Source: Octopus vulgaris
Taxonomy: Eukaryota
Length of the DNA: 64,000 nt
Assembly: GCA_951406725.2 (NCBI GenBank)
Contig: OX597829.1
Coordinates: 33,356,001-33,420,000 of the forward strand
Reading direction: 5' to 3'
This document shows, piece by piece, positions 39,000 to 51,139 of the stretch. The first letter of the stretch is position 1, and every line of letters starts with the position of its first letter. The position numbers and the translations under genes were made by a program. A model generated the notes under the pieces. That model was not told the origin of the DNA, made no database searches, and saw only the letters and a list, made by a program, of their open reading frames with translations.

Positions 39000-39760
39000 T
39001 AGTATTTGTTGGTACATTTTACTTATATGCAGCTGCATTGTAAGGTTACATGTCTAAATACAAGTAGCATTCACATGCAGCCCTTCCTTCGTGTAGGTTC
39101 CATAGTTGCAGTTCATGAGGTTTTAACTTGGGATGGTGGGTGTAAAGATTAATTTGAGTTGTTGGTGAGGTGTGATTTATTTTGTAGTGTGTGAACATGT
39201 GTTTAGCAGTATGCATACATATGGGTAGTCATTCAGTAAATCTGTTTATAAGCTGCCCCTTTGTTAATAATATTGACAGTGACTCTTTGGAATATAGCTA
39301 GCATTTCCGGGATAGTGTATTATAGGGACTCATGTGTATAATTATTGACCAGGTTGTATTTTGCCTTCTCTTCCTTGAGTTGTCAGATGAAATGTTGTGT
39401 AGCGTTTAAGGACTTTTTGAAAGTTGATGATGTGGTTGCAATACCAATTTTGGAAATATATATATACACTGATATATATGTAGGAGCCTCCTCTAGTATC
39501 TATGGTGTACTTGTACACCACATTTCGGGTCATGCATTGGTTGTCCAGAGGACATTTCAATTGGTCCCTGCATGAGCATAGTTGGTCAGTTTTTTTGTTT
39601 GCATGTGTGCAGCCAGTACCAGTCCAATGGGTTCTATTAATATTATTGCTTGTGGTTAGTCTAGTATTATTTTTATTATTTATGAAAGCGAAAGTTGATT
39701 GGGTCATTTTATCTAAACAGGACACAAGATTTCTATGTTCATATTTGAATTTTTGTGTTT
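39000..39760 (-). mobile_element. Penelope-like GIY-YIG remnant
   Basis: CSCRDQLKCPLDNQCMTRNVVY...YI...FQNWYCNH. Confidence 0.75.
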
Positions 39761-40014
39761 TTGTAGTCTTGTTTGCATTTTATTCATTCCCTAACTAGAT
39801 AGGCATATAACAACATAGCAGCCGATACTGAAGATCTTTAGCGAGACACAACGTTATGGATGTACCTGATGAGACCCAGACTGCAAAATGGATGCAACGC
39901 AACATGCTGAACAGAGTCCAACACATAAAGGACAATAGCAGGATGGGTTGAAAGAAACATTGTAAAGAATAAAGTTTAATACCAAATCCATCTTCTCCTT
40001 ATTTAAATAATATA

Positions 40015-40075
<61 letters not shown>

Positions 40076-40496
40076 AAGTGTATGTGAGTGAGAGAGTGCT
40101 TGCTTGAATGTTTAAATTCTGCACTTCGTATGAAAAAGCAGCGAGCTACAGAGGGTGAGAAATCTGTTGTCATTCACTGTAAACAAATTATCCACTAGCT
40201 CTGTACTTTTGAAGTGGTGTAGTATGAAACCCTTCTTATTTGAAAACAGGGAAGGGTTAGGGTCTGGAAGGACATCTGAGAATGAAGCAATGCCTCAGTG
40301 ATATGTTTTAATGTGAAAAATACATATAGTTCTAAATAGTATTATTGCATTTGTTACAGGACATGTTATTGTTTATATCATTGCACAACAAAATAAACAT
40401 ATAAAAGTCACACATACATACACAAACACATGCCCGCACGCACAGACACACACACACAAATAACCAGAGAACTCAACAATTAATATATGATTTTAC

Positions 40497-40655
40497 CTGT
40501 AAAACAGCATTGCAAAATTCTAAGGAGTTTAGAAAAAGCATCAAATCAGGAATATCTTTGCAGTCTTCTATGGTCAAGCAATACCAGTCTTCATTGGTTA
40601 TTGTTATTTTGCGTGGCAAAGAAGAAAACAGTCCACTTAGCCCTGTTGCCAGAAC
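40497..40655 (-). CDS. FHIP1: FHIP1-like coding exon 2
   Basis: TTAAG|GTT...CAG|GTAAAA, 159 nt, phase 0-0. Encodes VLATGLSGLFSSLPRKI...LFLNSLEFCNAVLQ, the highly conserved FAM160A block. Confidence 0.95.
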
Positions 40656-40932
40656 CTTAAGAAAGAAACACATTTTAATTAGCAAGAATTTCAAACTGAT
40701 CATTAAAAAAAACAATAAAAAAGCAAGCAAATGTGTAGAAAAATAACAAAACAATTAATATAAATATTTAAACTTATGTCAATTCCTCCATGGTGTTGTT
40801 TTGCATCTATAATAAAATAGATATATACAAATTATAAAAATAACTATACAGTACAGTACTGTTTCTGTTTCACGGATTTTCACCTATCATGGGGGGTTTT
40901 GGAACATAATACCTGTGTTAGTCAAGGGATTG

Positions 40933-40978
<46 letters not shown>

Positions 40979-40991
40979 ATAGATATACTTG

Positions 40992-41230
40992 ATTAAAAAG
41001 CAGCAAAAATATCACAAAAAGTGTTACTCAGAGTTTCACATTTCCATTCATTGGACAGTTTTGTTTAGAATCAAAACAAAACTGTCCAATGAACAAGAAC
41101 GTAAAACTCTGAGTAACACTTTTTGTGATTTTTTTTGCTGCTTTTTAATAAAGCATATTACTCTACCTCTGGTATTCAAATACTATTTTTTTCCACCTTG
41201 TCTCGCATTTATGAGCTTACTCAGGTATAT
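40992..41230. repeat. Foldback repeat containing two decayed hammerhead-like motifs (related deleted copy at 22105-22230)
   Basis: ATTAAAAAGCAGCAAAAA...GGACAGTTTTGTTT versus AAACAAAACTGTCC...TTGCTGCTTTTTAAT. Confidence 0.8.
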
Positions 41231-41291
41231 ATTTATATACACACACATACATATATATATATACATATATACACACACATATACATGTGTG

Positions 41292-41338
<47 letters not shown>

Positions 41339-41427
41339 GAAGAGAGAAAAAGAGAGTATATATAATAAAGAAAAATGTTTAAAATGTAAAAGTATAACAA
41401 AAATAAAATATGTAAAACCATACTTAC

Positions 41428-42201
41428 TGGACAGTAGTCGCTTATGTATCTGCCAATGTGTGGGTATTTGTTGGACAATGCCATAATTAAAAGGAGAGCT
41501 TCACGTGCCTGCTGACCAACCCTTCCATCTCGATGGATGTATAGGATTAAAGAGAATATCAGACATTCAGCTGGCACTTTTCCTTCATCCACTGAGAAAA
41601 ATGTTTCCAGTGTAGATGTCTGCTGTGAAATGCAAAGGCAGATTTGATGCAATACCTGAGCTAAGAGCTCCTCTACTTCTTTTGATTTTAGGTATTGAGT
41701 ACATGACGAAAGCAGCTTCATCAAAGGCTGTACGATTGCTTTGTGTATGAGAAGTAGCTGCTCAGAGTGAGCTATTAGATGATAGAAGATTTTCAGTTGC
41801 TCACATATCAATCTTTCTTCAAGTTCATGAATCTGTTCACACCATTGACTAAACTTTTCAAAAGTATTATCTTTTATGACTAGTACAAGAATAGGTCCTG
41901 GTCGTCCTTGGTGGTGGTCATCATCGTAGCTTTCTTCACCTGCAAGAAGTGTCATCATTTGTTCGAAGTTATGCATCACGGTCTGAACCTCATCTATGCT
42001 GTACTGTTCCTTTAATAAGCCATCTTCATCTTCTATCACCATCCATGCTTGCTTCCAGTGGTTTTGGAAAACTTCAAGGCATGTTGCAGGGTCAGTCTCT
42101 CGTCGAGGATGCATTTCAGGAAAGCCATACTCGTCTTTGTTTCCAGGAAGAAATGGCCGGGCTTCCTGCTTATTGTTACTGGTACGTTTAAACCAGTTCA
42201 T
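41428..42201 (-). CDS. FHIP1: FHIP1/FAM160A-like, coding exon 1 (258 aa)
   Basis: ATG at 42201 (MNWFKR...). Family-like motifs DPATCLEVFQNHWKQ and HRDGRVGQQAREALLLIMALS...YCP. Donor GTAAGT at 41427. Probable upstream acceptor TTTCAG at 42263-42264, so a short 5' UTR part lies in this exon. Confidence 0.92.
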
Positions 42202-42301
42202 TATGATAGAATACACTGGAAACCCAGTGTTTCTAATTCTTCAAGCAAAACATAGTTGATATCTGAAATAGATAATAATAATAACAATGATAATAATGAT
42301 G

Positions 42302-42365
<64 letters not shown>

Positions 42366-43079
42366 CAATGATAACGACGACGACAACAACAACAATAATA
42401 ATAATACCACAGTGAATACCAAACACTATAGATATGTGACAGTGAGCTACCAGGAAGATAGAACAAATCTGAAACCATCATGAAGCAGGAATTAAGAATC
42501 CACAAAAACAATGAAAGAAAACGATGTCTTAATGTAAATGATCTCTGGAAACTGAAAAATTTTTCTTATATGGAGTATATATATATACAAAAAAAAAAAT
42601 AGCTTCCTCTTAGACAGCAACATGTGCATAAAAATGTAAATGCTGCAATATTTCTATACGAAAACTGCAAACCTGTGAAAAAATGATTTTAATTGTAAGT
42701 TTTAATTACATGTACATTCATATTTATATAAGAACTCTATATTTATGCACATTGTTATTTCTTCTCAGTGTCTCGCTGATACATCAATAATAATTATAAC
42801 TACGAAAGAAACATCAACACATGTCCATGGATGATGTTCAGTTAAAAAAGTAAACACTGTAAAAACCATAAATACTATGAAAGCTGATTTATGATTTTCA
42901 CACACTACTACACTTCTTCAAAAACATACAGGAATAAATTCATATTGTAAATATCCAACAAAATGAACAAAGCCCACAATATGTACCATAGAAAGCCGAT
43001 ACCTGACAGAGGAATACAACCTGCACCACACAAACAACACACAATACAAAAAAATATAGGCAATATTAACTTATTGACC

Positions 43080-44570
43080 TATGCAGGAGGAGCAGCAGTC
43101 ACTAGAAGATTAGATATTTTACAGGAAAAAATTAAAAAAGAGTAAATGTGGAAAAGGAGACTACAAAATAAAGTGAAAACTTTAAGGCAAGATCTGAGTA
43201 GAATAGAAGCCTGGAAACTGAACAACTTAGGAAGCGCAAGATGAAAATCTTCCCTTGAGGAAAGACACTTAGTCAAAGAGAAAGAAGAGTTGAAACAGCG
43301 TATCATAGCAGTAGCAGGCAAGCTCTTCAGATATCAGAAAAGAATAGATTAGTATCAACAGAATAGATTATTTGAGACAGACCAGAATAGATTTAACCAA
43401 ATAAATAGTGGAGAATGAAGTACTGAAGATGAGAAACCAAATGCAGAAGAAGCTAGAAAGTTCTGGAGTAATATTTGGAATAAACCAGTCAATTAATATG
43501 GAGATGCAGTATGGTTAAAGAAAGTGAGGGAAGAAGTAGTGAGTGAGAAGCAGCCAGATCTAAGATTAACTAGTGTAGTAATGAGAAAAATGTTAGGAAA
43601 AATGCTGAATTGGAAGGGCCCAGGACCAGATTTAGTCCATGGGTTAGTTTAAATGGGAGACTGAGGGAACAACTTTAGGATTGCCTTAATGGAGGAATAA
43701 TATCAGATCGGATGACTAGAGGGAGGATAATACTCATTATGAAAGACAAGAGAGAAGGTAATACAGCTAGCAACTATAGACCAATCACTTGCTTACCATT
43801 AGTATGGAAGCTGTTAACAGGAATGCTTTTAGAAAGCATTTACGAGCACCTTGATAATCATAATTTACTGCCAGAAGAACAAAAAGGTTGCAGAAAGAAG
43901 GCTAGAGGAACGCATAGACAAAGCAGTAAAAGCTATAATGAAAAATTTAACAATAGCATGGATAGATTATTGGAAAGCCTATGACATGATCCCACACTCA
44001 TGAGTGTAAGATCATGTCTTAGGCTTATATTGTCTGCTATTCAGTAAAGCAGACAATATAAGAGAATTAATTAGCTTTATTTAGCATGAAGAAATAGAAA
44101 GTAGATCTCTACTCAGGTGACACACTCTTATAGAAAGTTAATATCAAAAGAAGCATTTTCCAGGGGTCTCATTGTCCCCTTCAATATTTGTCTTATGTTT
44201 GATGCCCCTCAGTTTAGTATTAAGTAAGGCAAAAGCAGGGTATTAGTTTAGAAATAGTAAAAGAAAAATTAACCACTTGCTCTTCATGGATGATCTGAAG
44301 CTTTTTAGTAAGAATGGCAAAGAGATAAATTCCTTAATACAGACTCTTCAGCAAAGATATAGGCATGCAATTTGGCATAGATAAATGTGTAATATTAGTC
44401 ATGAGAAGGGGACAGGTAGTCAACAGTAAAGGCATCCAATGACCAGATGGCCAAATATTAAATTCATTGAAAGGGGGAGAGAGTTATAAGTATTTAGGAG
44501 TATTAAAATCTGACAGGGACTAACTATAGATATGAAAACGAAAATTGAGGAGTACATCAGAAGGGTGAGT
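43080..44570 (+). mobile_element. R4/Dong-like LINE, degenerate RT region
   Basis: NWKGPGPD, NYRPITCLPLVWKLLTG, EEQKGCRK, INHLLFMDDLKL, YKYLGVL. Confidence 0.88.
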
Positions 44571-44874
44571 TTTATTTGTTAAATATTGTCTCCTCATTCA
44601 CCAGCCTAGTAGCAAATGAAAGAAATAATGACAATAATGTGAAACTATGACAATAGTAATATACACCAATAGAATAAGTAGCAGGCTTTACACAAAATGT
44701 AATAAGTACCAGAGTTGATTTATTCAACTAAAAACTCTTCTAGACTGAGCCTTAGCATGGCTGCAGTCTAATGATTGAAACAAGTAAAAGATAAAGAATA
44801 AGTATAAAATTATGATTAGTAAAATTATTTAATAATTATTTTGAAATGTGTATGAGTCTCTAAGCAAATGTTTG

Positions 44875-45178
44875 TTGTTTGTTCCTTCTTGAGCCACGCC
44901 TGGCTCATAAGGGCCGGCTTCTCGGTTTCCTTGGCGTATAGGCTCTCCACCTGGACGGGACGCCGGTCAGTCGCAGGTGAGCTGCAAGATGCAGGAGGAA
45001 AGAGTGAGAGAAAGTTGTGGTGAAAGAGTCAGCAGAAGTTTGCCATTACCTTCTGCCGGAGCCACGTGGAGCTTAGGTGTTTCGCACATAAACACACACA
45101 TCGCCCAGTTTAAGATTCAAACACGCGATCCCTCGACTGCGAGTCCACTGCTCTAACCACTAGGCCGTGTGCCTCCAC
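44875..45178 (-). mobile_element. Young tRNA-derived SINE with 13-bp target-site duplication
   Basis: Head GTGGAGGCACACGGCCTAGTGGTTAGAGCAG. AAGCAAATGTTTG at 44862-44874 and 45179-45191. Confidence 0.9.
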
Positions 45179-45901
45179 AAGCAAATGTTTGCACACACCC
45201 TGTTTGCAGATGCAACTTCCTGCTTTTGTAATTTAGCAAACTTATCTGCACACAATCTCTCCTCTGCAACTCATCTTTCTAACCCCCACTTCATCCATCC
45301 TTGTACACTCACTACATTCTCCTCCCATCCATCTCTCACTCTCTTTCTGCACTCTTACAAACCTATCTGCCCATTAACTCTATCCAATCTTTTGAACCAC
45401 TTCACTTATACATCCTTGCCAGTAAATCGCACTCTCTCTCCCTCTTTTTTTTTTACTGAGGTTGTTATGTATCCCTTCTACTGAAAGACACTTTTTCCTC
45501 TATCATATTTTATCCTTTCATCACCAGGCACAAAGCCATTACCCTCAGTACTACTGAGGGGTCTTTGTCTTGCAAGTTAGTTGGCAATCTCGCTTATGCT
45601 GGCGCTACATAAAAAGCACTCAGTACATTCTGTTAAGTGGTTGGTGTTAGAAAGGGCATCTAGTTACAGAAACAATGTCAAAGCAGACAGTAGAGATTGG
45701 CATAGTCTTCTGGCTTGCCAGTCTTCTGGCTTGCCAGCCTTATCAAACTGCCCAGTTCATGCTAGCATGGAAAGCAGATATTAAATGATAATGATGATGA
45801 TTAAATTATGATTAAAATGAAATAATAAAATCATAATAAGATGCACCAATAATAATAAACTTTATATAAAATTTTCTTTATATATTTTATACACAATTTT
45901 C

Positions 45902-46183
45902 TTTTGTGTCTGGGGTGAGTCATTATGCCAATATTATTAACACATGCACTGGTTTAATTTCACTCCTTCATTATTAGTCGATAGGTTAAATATCCAATGT
46001 TGCAAGTAGCAATGAAAGAGCTTTGACAAACAAAACAAATGACTTACTGTCAAACCAAATTAGACAAACAATCGGATCAGTTAGTTGGATATTTAACCAT
46101 CTGACTAATAATAAGGGAGTGGAATTGAACCAATGTGTGCGGTAATAATATTGGAATAATGATTCTCCTAAGACACAACAAAA
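45902..46183. repeat. MITE-like element with about 95-bp imperfect inverted arms
   Basis: TTTTGTGTCT...GGTTAAATATCCAA versus TTGGATATTTAACC...AGACACAACAAAA. Confidence 0.8.
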
Positions 46184-46739
46184 TCTGTTTCAACACATGA
46201 ATTCACATAAAGAATCTTGCAAACCAGATACAAAAGCAAAATCTAAAATTTGAAATGTAGCAATATATGAAATGATAGTGATAATGATGATGATAAATAT
46301 AATAATAATACTTTCAAATTTTGACACACAGCCATCAATTTTGTGGAGAGGGGGGCTTAGTGAATCACATCAATTCCACTGCTCAACTGATGTAATTTTA
46401 TTGATCCTGAAAGGAAAAACAGTTGACCTTGGTAGAATTTGAATTCAGAACTTAGAGTGTCAGAAGAAATATCACTAAGTGTTTTGTCCAATGTTCTCAT
46501 GATTCTGCTAGGTCACCAACTTAATAATATTAATAATAATAAAAATAATGATTATGATGATTTCTTTTACTTGCTTCAAAGGCAAAAGAGAAGGGGGACA
46601 ATAGAAAAACATACATAAAGTTTGGGGGTTTACATATAATGAAATGATAGCAAAAAAGAGAAAAGTATATCTCTGCCTGATCATTGGAATGCATCTCTTC
46701 AACAAGAAAATAAATAAGAGACACCCCAACCTGATCAGG

Positions 46740-47200
46740 CAGTAACTGGGGAAGGTATGATGGTCAGGTGATAAATGATGATGAAAGTAATTTAGGCATT
46801 CACTACCTCTGCTTGACCTTTTAAGGACAGCTTCCTCTCTACCTATTTTCGGGTATGACTGACCAGCCAGTTCCTCATCTCATCCCAGTTCTTATCTACC
46901 TGGAAGTTGGGACTGAACCAGACCCTAAGTAGTTTAACTGGTCCATCAGTCCAGTGTCCAACAGCATCCATCTACCCCTGCCATCTCAATGCCCAGTTGC
47001 AATTCCAACAGCTTGTTGGTATTTATTTGACCATCTCCACTTTGGAGGTGTCCAATATCATTGGCATATGCCAACATGTGTCCCAGTTCAAAAGGGGTGC
47101 TCCTCAACAGTTCCAATCTCTGCAGCTTCTTCTTCAGTCCCAAATCACACTTCAATCATGCCAAACTTCCTTAAGTGATGCAGGTATTGTGTTCCTGCAT
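46740..47200 (-). mobile_element. L1/Tx1-like RT remnant
   Basis: AYAND (YADD-like), INTNK..LQLG, WTDGPVKLLRVWFSP..QVDKNW. Confidence 0.5.
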
Positions 47201-47554
47201 GTGCGCAAGTCATATTTTGAATTTGGACCTCACTAGCATTTTCCACCTGGTGCAATTTTACTTAGATGTGGTGGAATGTAACTGTATATCTCAAAATATT
47301 TTCTAATTCTCAAGTGGAGGAATGACGGCTACTCTTCTCCCATTATTTCTTAACAATTTGTCTGGCCTGTTTTAATTCTTCTTTATCTATGGGGAAACCT
47401 TCCAGATTTCTTGCAGCACTTGTTAAAGAAATCTCTTTTCCAGCATCTCTTGTCATGGCAGTGGTAACTGTAGTGGCTGTAGCAGAGGCATTAGTGGTGG
47501 CAGTGGTGGTGTTTACATTTCTCATCTCTTAAATATAGAACTGTATTGTCCTGC

Positions 47555-48178
47555 CTTTGTTCTCTCTTCAGGCTGGAATGTTGGGGGTTAGTAGCCCGAG
47601 CTCTTAACCACTACGCCATATGCCTGTGGGCAATTATGGAGTGAATTTTAGGGCTTACAAATCTAATATTTTTCTATCCTTCTTTAATACCAGTTCCCAT
47701 ATGCTGCTCATATCTGCACTCAGTCTGCTTAGGAGGTTACTGTGTCCTAGCATATGTGCTGCTTCTTTTAGTTTTCGTATTTTCCAGTGGTGTTCTCTGT
47801 CTATTATTTTAACTTCATCCAACAGGGGAAGGTGGTCTCCATTTTTCCATACACGATCAGCTGTACCCGATTTATCAATATCTCCTCGTGTTACAGCTTT
47901 GCGATGTTCGTCTACCCTTATTTTGAGGGGGCGGCATGTTTCGCCTATGTATAACCTACCACAGCTGCATGGGATGGAGTACACACAGTCTTTAGTCATA
48001 TTCTCTTCTATTGGTGGTTTTACTTGAAGGAGATATTTGTGAAGTATTGTATTACTCTTGAAGGTTTGTTGTTAACACAAATGTTTAGGCTGATATACCC
48101 TCCAGCCTTCTTCAGGTGTCTTGGGGAAATTTTGAACCTGGGTTCTCATTCCTAAGGTATTTTTTGATGTTGTTGTTG

Positions 48179-48248
<70 letters not shown>

Positions 48249-48365
48249 CATTGTCCAGGTCACTGCTAAAGTTAAAATAATAGACAGAGAACACCACTAG
48301 AAAATATAGAAACTAAAAGAAGCAGCACATATGCTAGGACACAACAACCTCCTAAACAGATCCTT
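47555..48365 (-). mobile_element. Penelope-like element: GIY-YIG endonuclease with terminal-repeat sequence
   Basis: VYSIPCSCGRLYIGETCRPLKIRVDEH...RKLKEAAHM. Inverted partial copy at 48280-48360. The 48074-48165 block recurs at 16645-16750. Confidence 0.9.
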
Positions 48366-49162
48366 AGAAAGGATCACAAAAGTACAGCTGCCAAAATTAC
48401 AGCAGAGCTTAATGACCACCGCAAGAACCCAGTTTCCACAAAAACTGTTCACTGGGAGCTGCACAAAGCCAGTATTCATTGGAAGGGCTGCAAACCACTA
48501 CTTTCAAAAACAAACATTGCAAAGCGTTTAGAGTGGAGTAAAAATCTCAGACAAGTCATTCTTTAACTTATTTCTGACCACCAGCTGAGTATACATGTGG
48601 AGACATTCAAAAGAAGCATTTGACACAGGTTGCCTTCTTCCAACTTTTAAACAAGGAAGAGAATCTATGTTGATCTGTGGGGACTATATCTTGGAAATCC
48701 ACCCACCCAATGGTTTCCCTTCATGGCAGAATTAATAGTCAAGACTATTTAAGCATTTTATCTGATCAAATTCATCTTATGGTTGCGGAAGTGTTTCCAG
48801 AGGGAAATGCAATCTTTCAGGATGATAATGCACCAATTCACACAGCTAAAGTTGTTACTAGTGAAGTTGAACATCTTATCTGGCCACTACAGTCACCAAA
48901 TCTCAATATAATTGAACATTTATGGTGCATTTTACAAAAACAAGTAAGGAATCAATATCCTCTACCATCGTCACTACAAGAACTGGAGACTGTTTTAGCT
49001 GAAGAACGGACAAAAATTCCTTTGGAAACAATTCAAACTTTGTATGAGTCCATACCTCATAGAATTCAAGCTGTAATTATTACCAAAGTCGGTCCTAACC
49101 CATTTCAATTTAAATTTGTTCGAATTTTAAGGTGTTTCCATCATTTTGTCCAACCCCTGTAT
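48366..49162 (+). mobile_element. Tc1-like transposase remnant
   Basis: FQDDNAPIH and WPLQSPNLNIIEHLW (DD34E-type), ending ...CAACCCCTGTA. Confidence 0.88.
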
Positions 49163-50258
49163 ATATAGATCAAAACATTTTGATTAAAATTCGTTGGTAC
49201 TCTGAGTTTCAAGTGTAATGCTAGTCTTTAGCCAATTTAAATGAAAGAAGTTGACTGTTATTACCATAATGTGGGCTGTGATTGGTTGAGGAAGGTCACA
49301 GGGCATGGTGCTTGGTATATCGTAGGCATTATAGTTGGCATATGATGTTGGTATATCGGTATATCTATGACAACAGTTAGCTGGAAAATACCGCATGGTG
49401 AAAAGGAAATCAATCAAATGGTGGACAGGATGCTGGAGGAGAAGTAGGAAGTTGTATATGTGTGGATGCACTCATATGGTTTTGCATGCAAGTCTGTATT
49501 GACATGAGCATGTGTACCTGTGCATGGGTGCATACGCGCATGCATACGCACATGCATACACATGTGCACACACACATACCCATTTATATGTACATATGTA
49601 TATGCATGCATGCACACATGCATATTAGTGAGTGCACACAAATGCATGTAAGTGTATATACATGCATGAGTATATATGTGTGTGTGTATATATATATATA
49701 TATATACATATATCTATATACATACATCTATCTATATACATTTATATATATTTATATACATATATATACATATTATTTATTTGTTTCAGTCATTTGACTC
49801 AGGCCATGCTGGAGCACTGCCTTTAGTTGAACAAATCGACCCCAGGACTTATTCTTTGTCAGCCTAGTACTTATTCTATCAGCCTCTTATGCTGAACTGC
49901 TAAGTTAAGGGGCGACAAAGACAGACACACAAATATATACATACATATATATATATATATACGATGGGCTCCTTTGAGCTTCTGTCTACCAAATCCACTC
50001 ACAAGGCTTTGGTTGGCATGAGGCTATAGCAGAAGACACTTTCCCAAGATGCCATGCAGTGGGACTGAACGCAGAACCATGTGGTTGGGAAGCAAGCTTC
50101 TTACCACACAGCCATACCTATACACACACACATATATTTATTATATACACATATTCATATATATATATATAATATATAAATCAAGGGAAGTGCTTAAGTA
50201 AAAACTGAGACAAAAGACAAACATGTATGCAAATATTCATGTATGTACATACATATAT

Positions 50259-51061
50259 ACAGGGTGTGATGGGTAATTGTCACCATTTTATATTTTTAAT
50301 TTCACACATGCACATTATTTGTTTTTGATTTTGTCGACTACACAATAAGGGTCAGTTGGCACTGTCTGTGAGAAAAACAGCACCATGATGCAATTCACTC
50401 TGCCAGAAATTTGGAAATGACATGTTGTACTGCTTGGCATTCACGCCAGAAGCTCCAATACAAACATTTCAGAGTTTTTAGATGTCAGTCTGAGGACATG
50501 TACCGAGAGTGATAAAATTCATACATCCAGTCAACATCATGGTTTTGGAGTGATCCCTTGTGATGGCAACGTTATGCCTCCATTCATCTTTCTGCATGGC
50601 CTCAGACTCAATACCTCAAGTGCCTGGAGGAGGTAGTGCTACCCTGGGTCAAGAGGATGGCTGCTAGAAGACCTTATGTCTGGCAACAAGATTCTGCATC
50701 AGGCCAGACAACCAGGAGAACCCAGTCATAACTGTCAGACAATTTCTGCAACCACATCATCCCTAACATCTGGCCACCTAGCTCCCCAGACTGCAACTCC
50801 CTTGATTATTATGTGTGGGATGCAGTTGAGCAAGAGACCAATAGAATTCCATGTAACACCAAAGACGAACTGAAGGCAAGGATTATGGTAGCATTCACTA
50901 ACTTAACAAAGAGACCATCCAGAAGAGTTGCAGGAGATTCTGAGGCCATGGTTGAAGCCTATATTTCAAGATATTTTTATGTAATTTTGATAAATATATC
51001 TGTTAAAATGAGATGTCAGTGTTATTTTCATTTTTACATGATTTATTCTCTGCGTCCTGTA
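50259..51061 (+). mobile_element. maT/DD37D-like Tc1-mariner, internally deleted
   Basis: TIR CAGGGTGTGATGGGTAA and WPPSSPDCNSLDYYVWDAVE. Confidence 0.8.
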
Positions 51062-51094
51062 CATTTGTATATAAATACATTATATATTTTGTGA

Positions 51095-51136
<42 letters not shown>

Positions 51137-51139
51137 TAT

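Noticed and set aside
39826-39900. CTGAAGA and CTGATGA near a Penelope remnant
   Set aside because: No properly spaced GAAA or closing stems were found.
42201-42511. Poly-Leu/Tyr/Ile/Asn ORFs
   Set aside because: These are translations of an intronic (AAT)n microsatellite. The same applies to the many [12 protein letters not shown] ORFs throughout the window.
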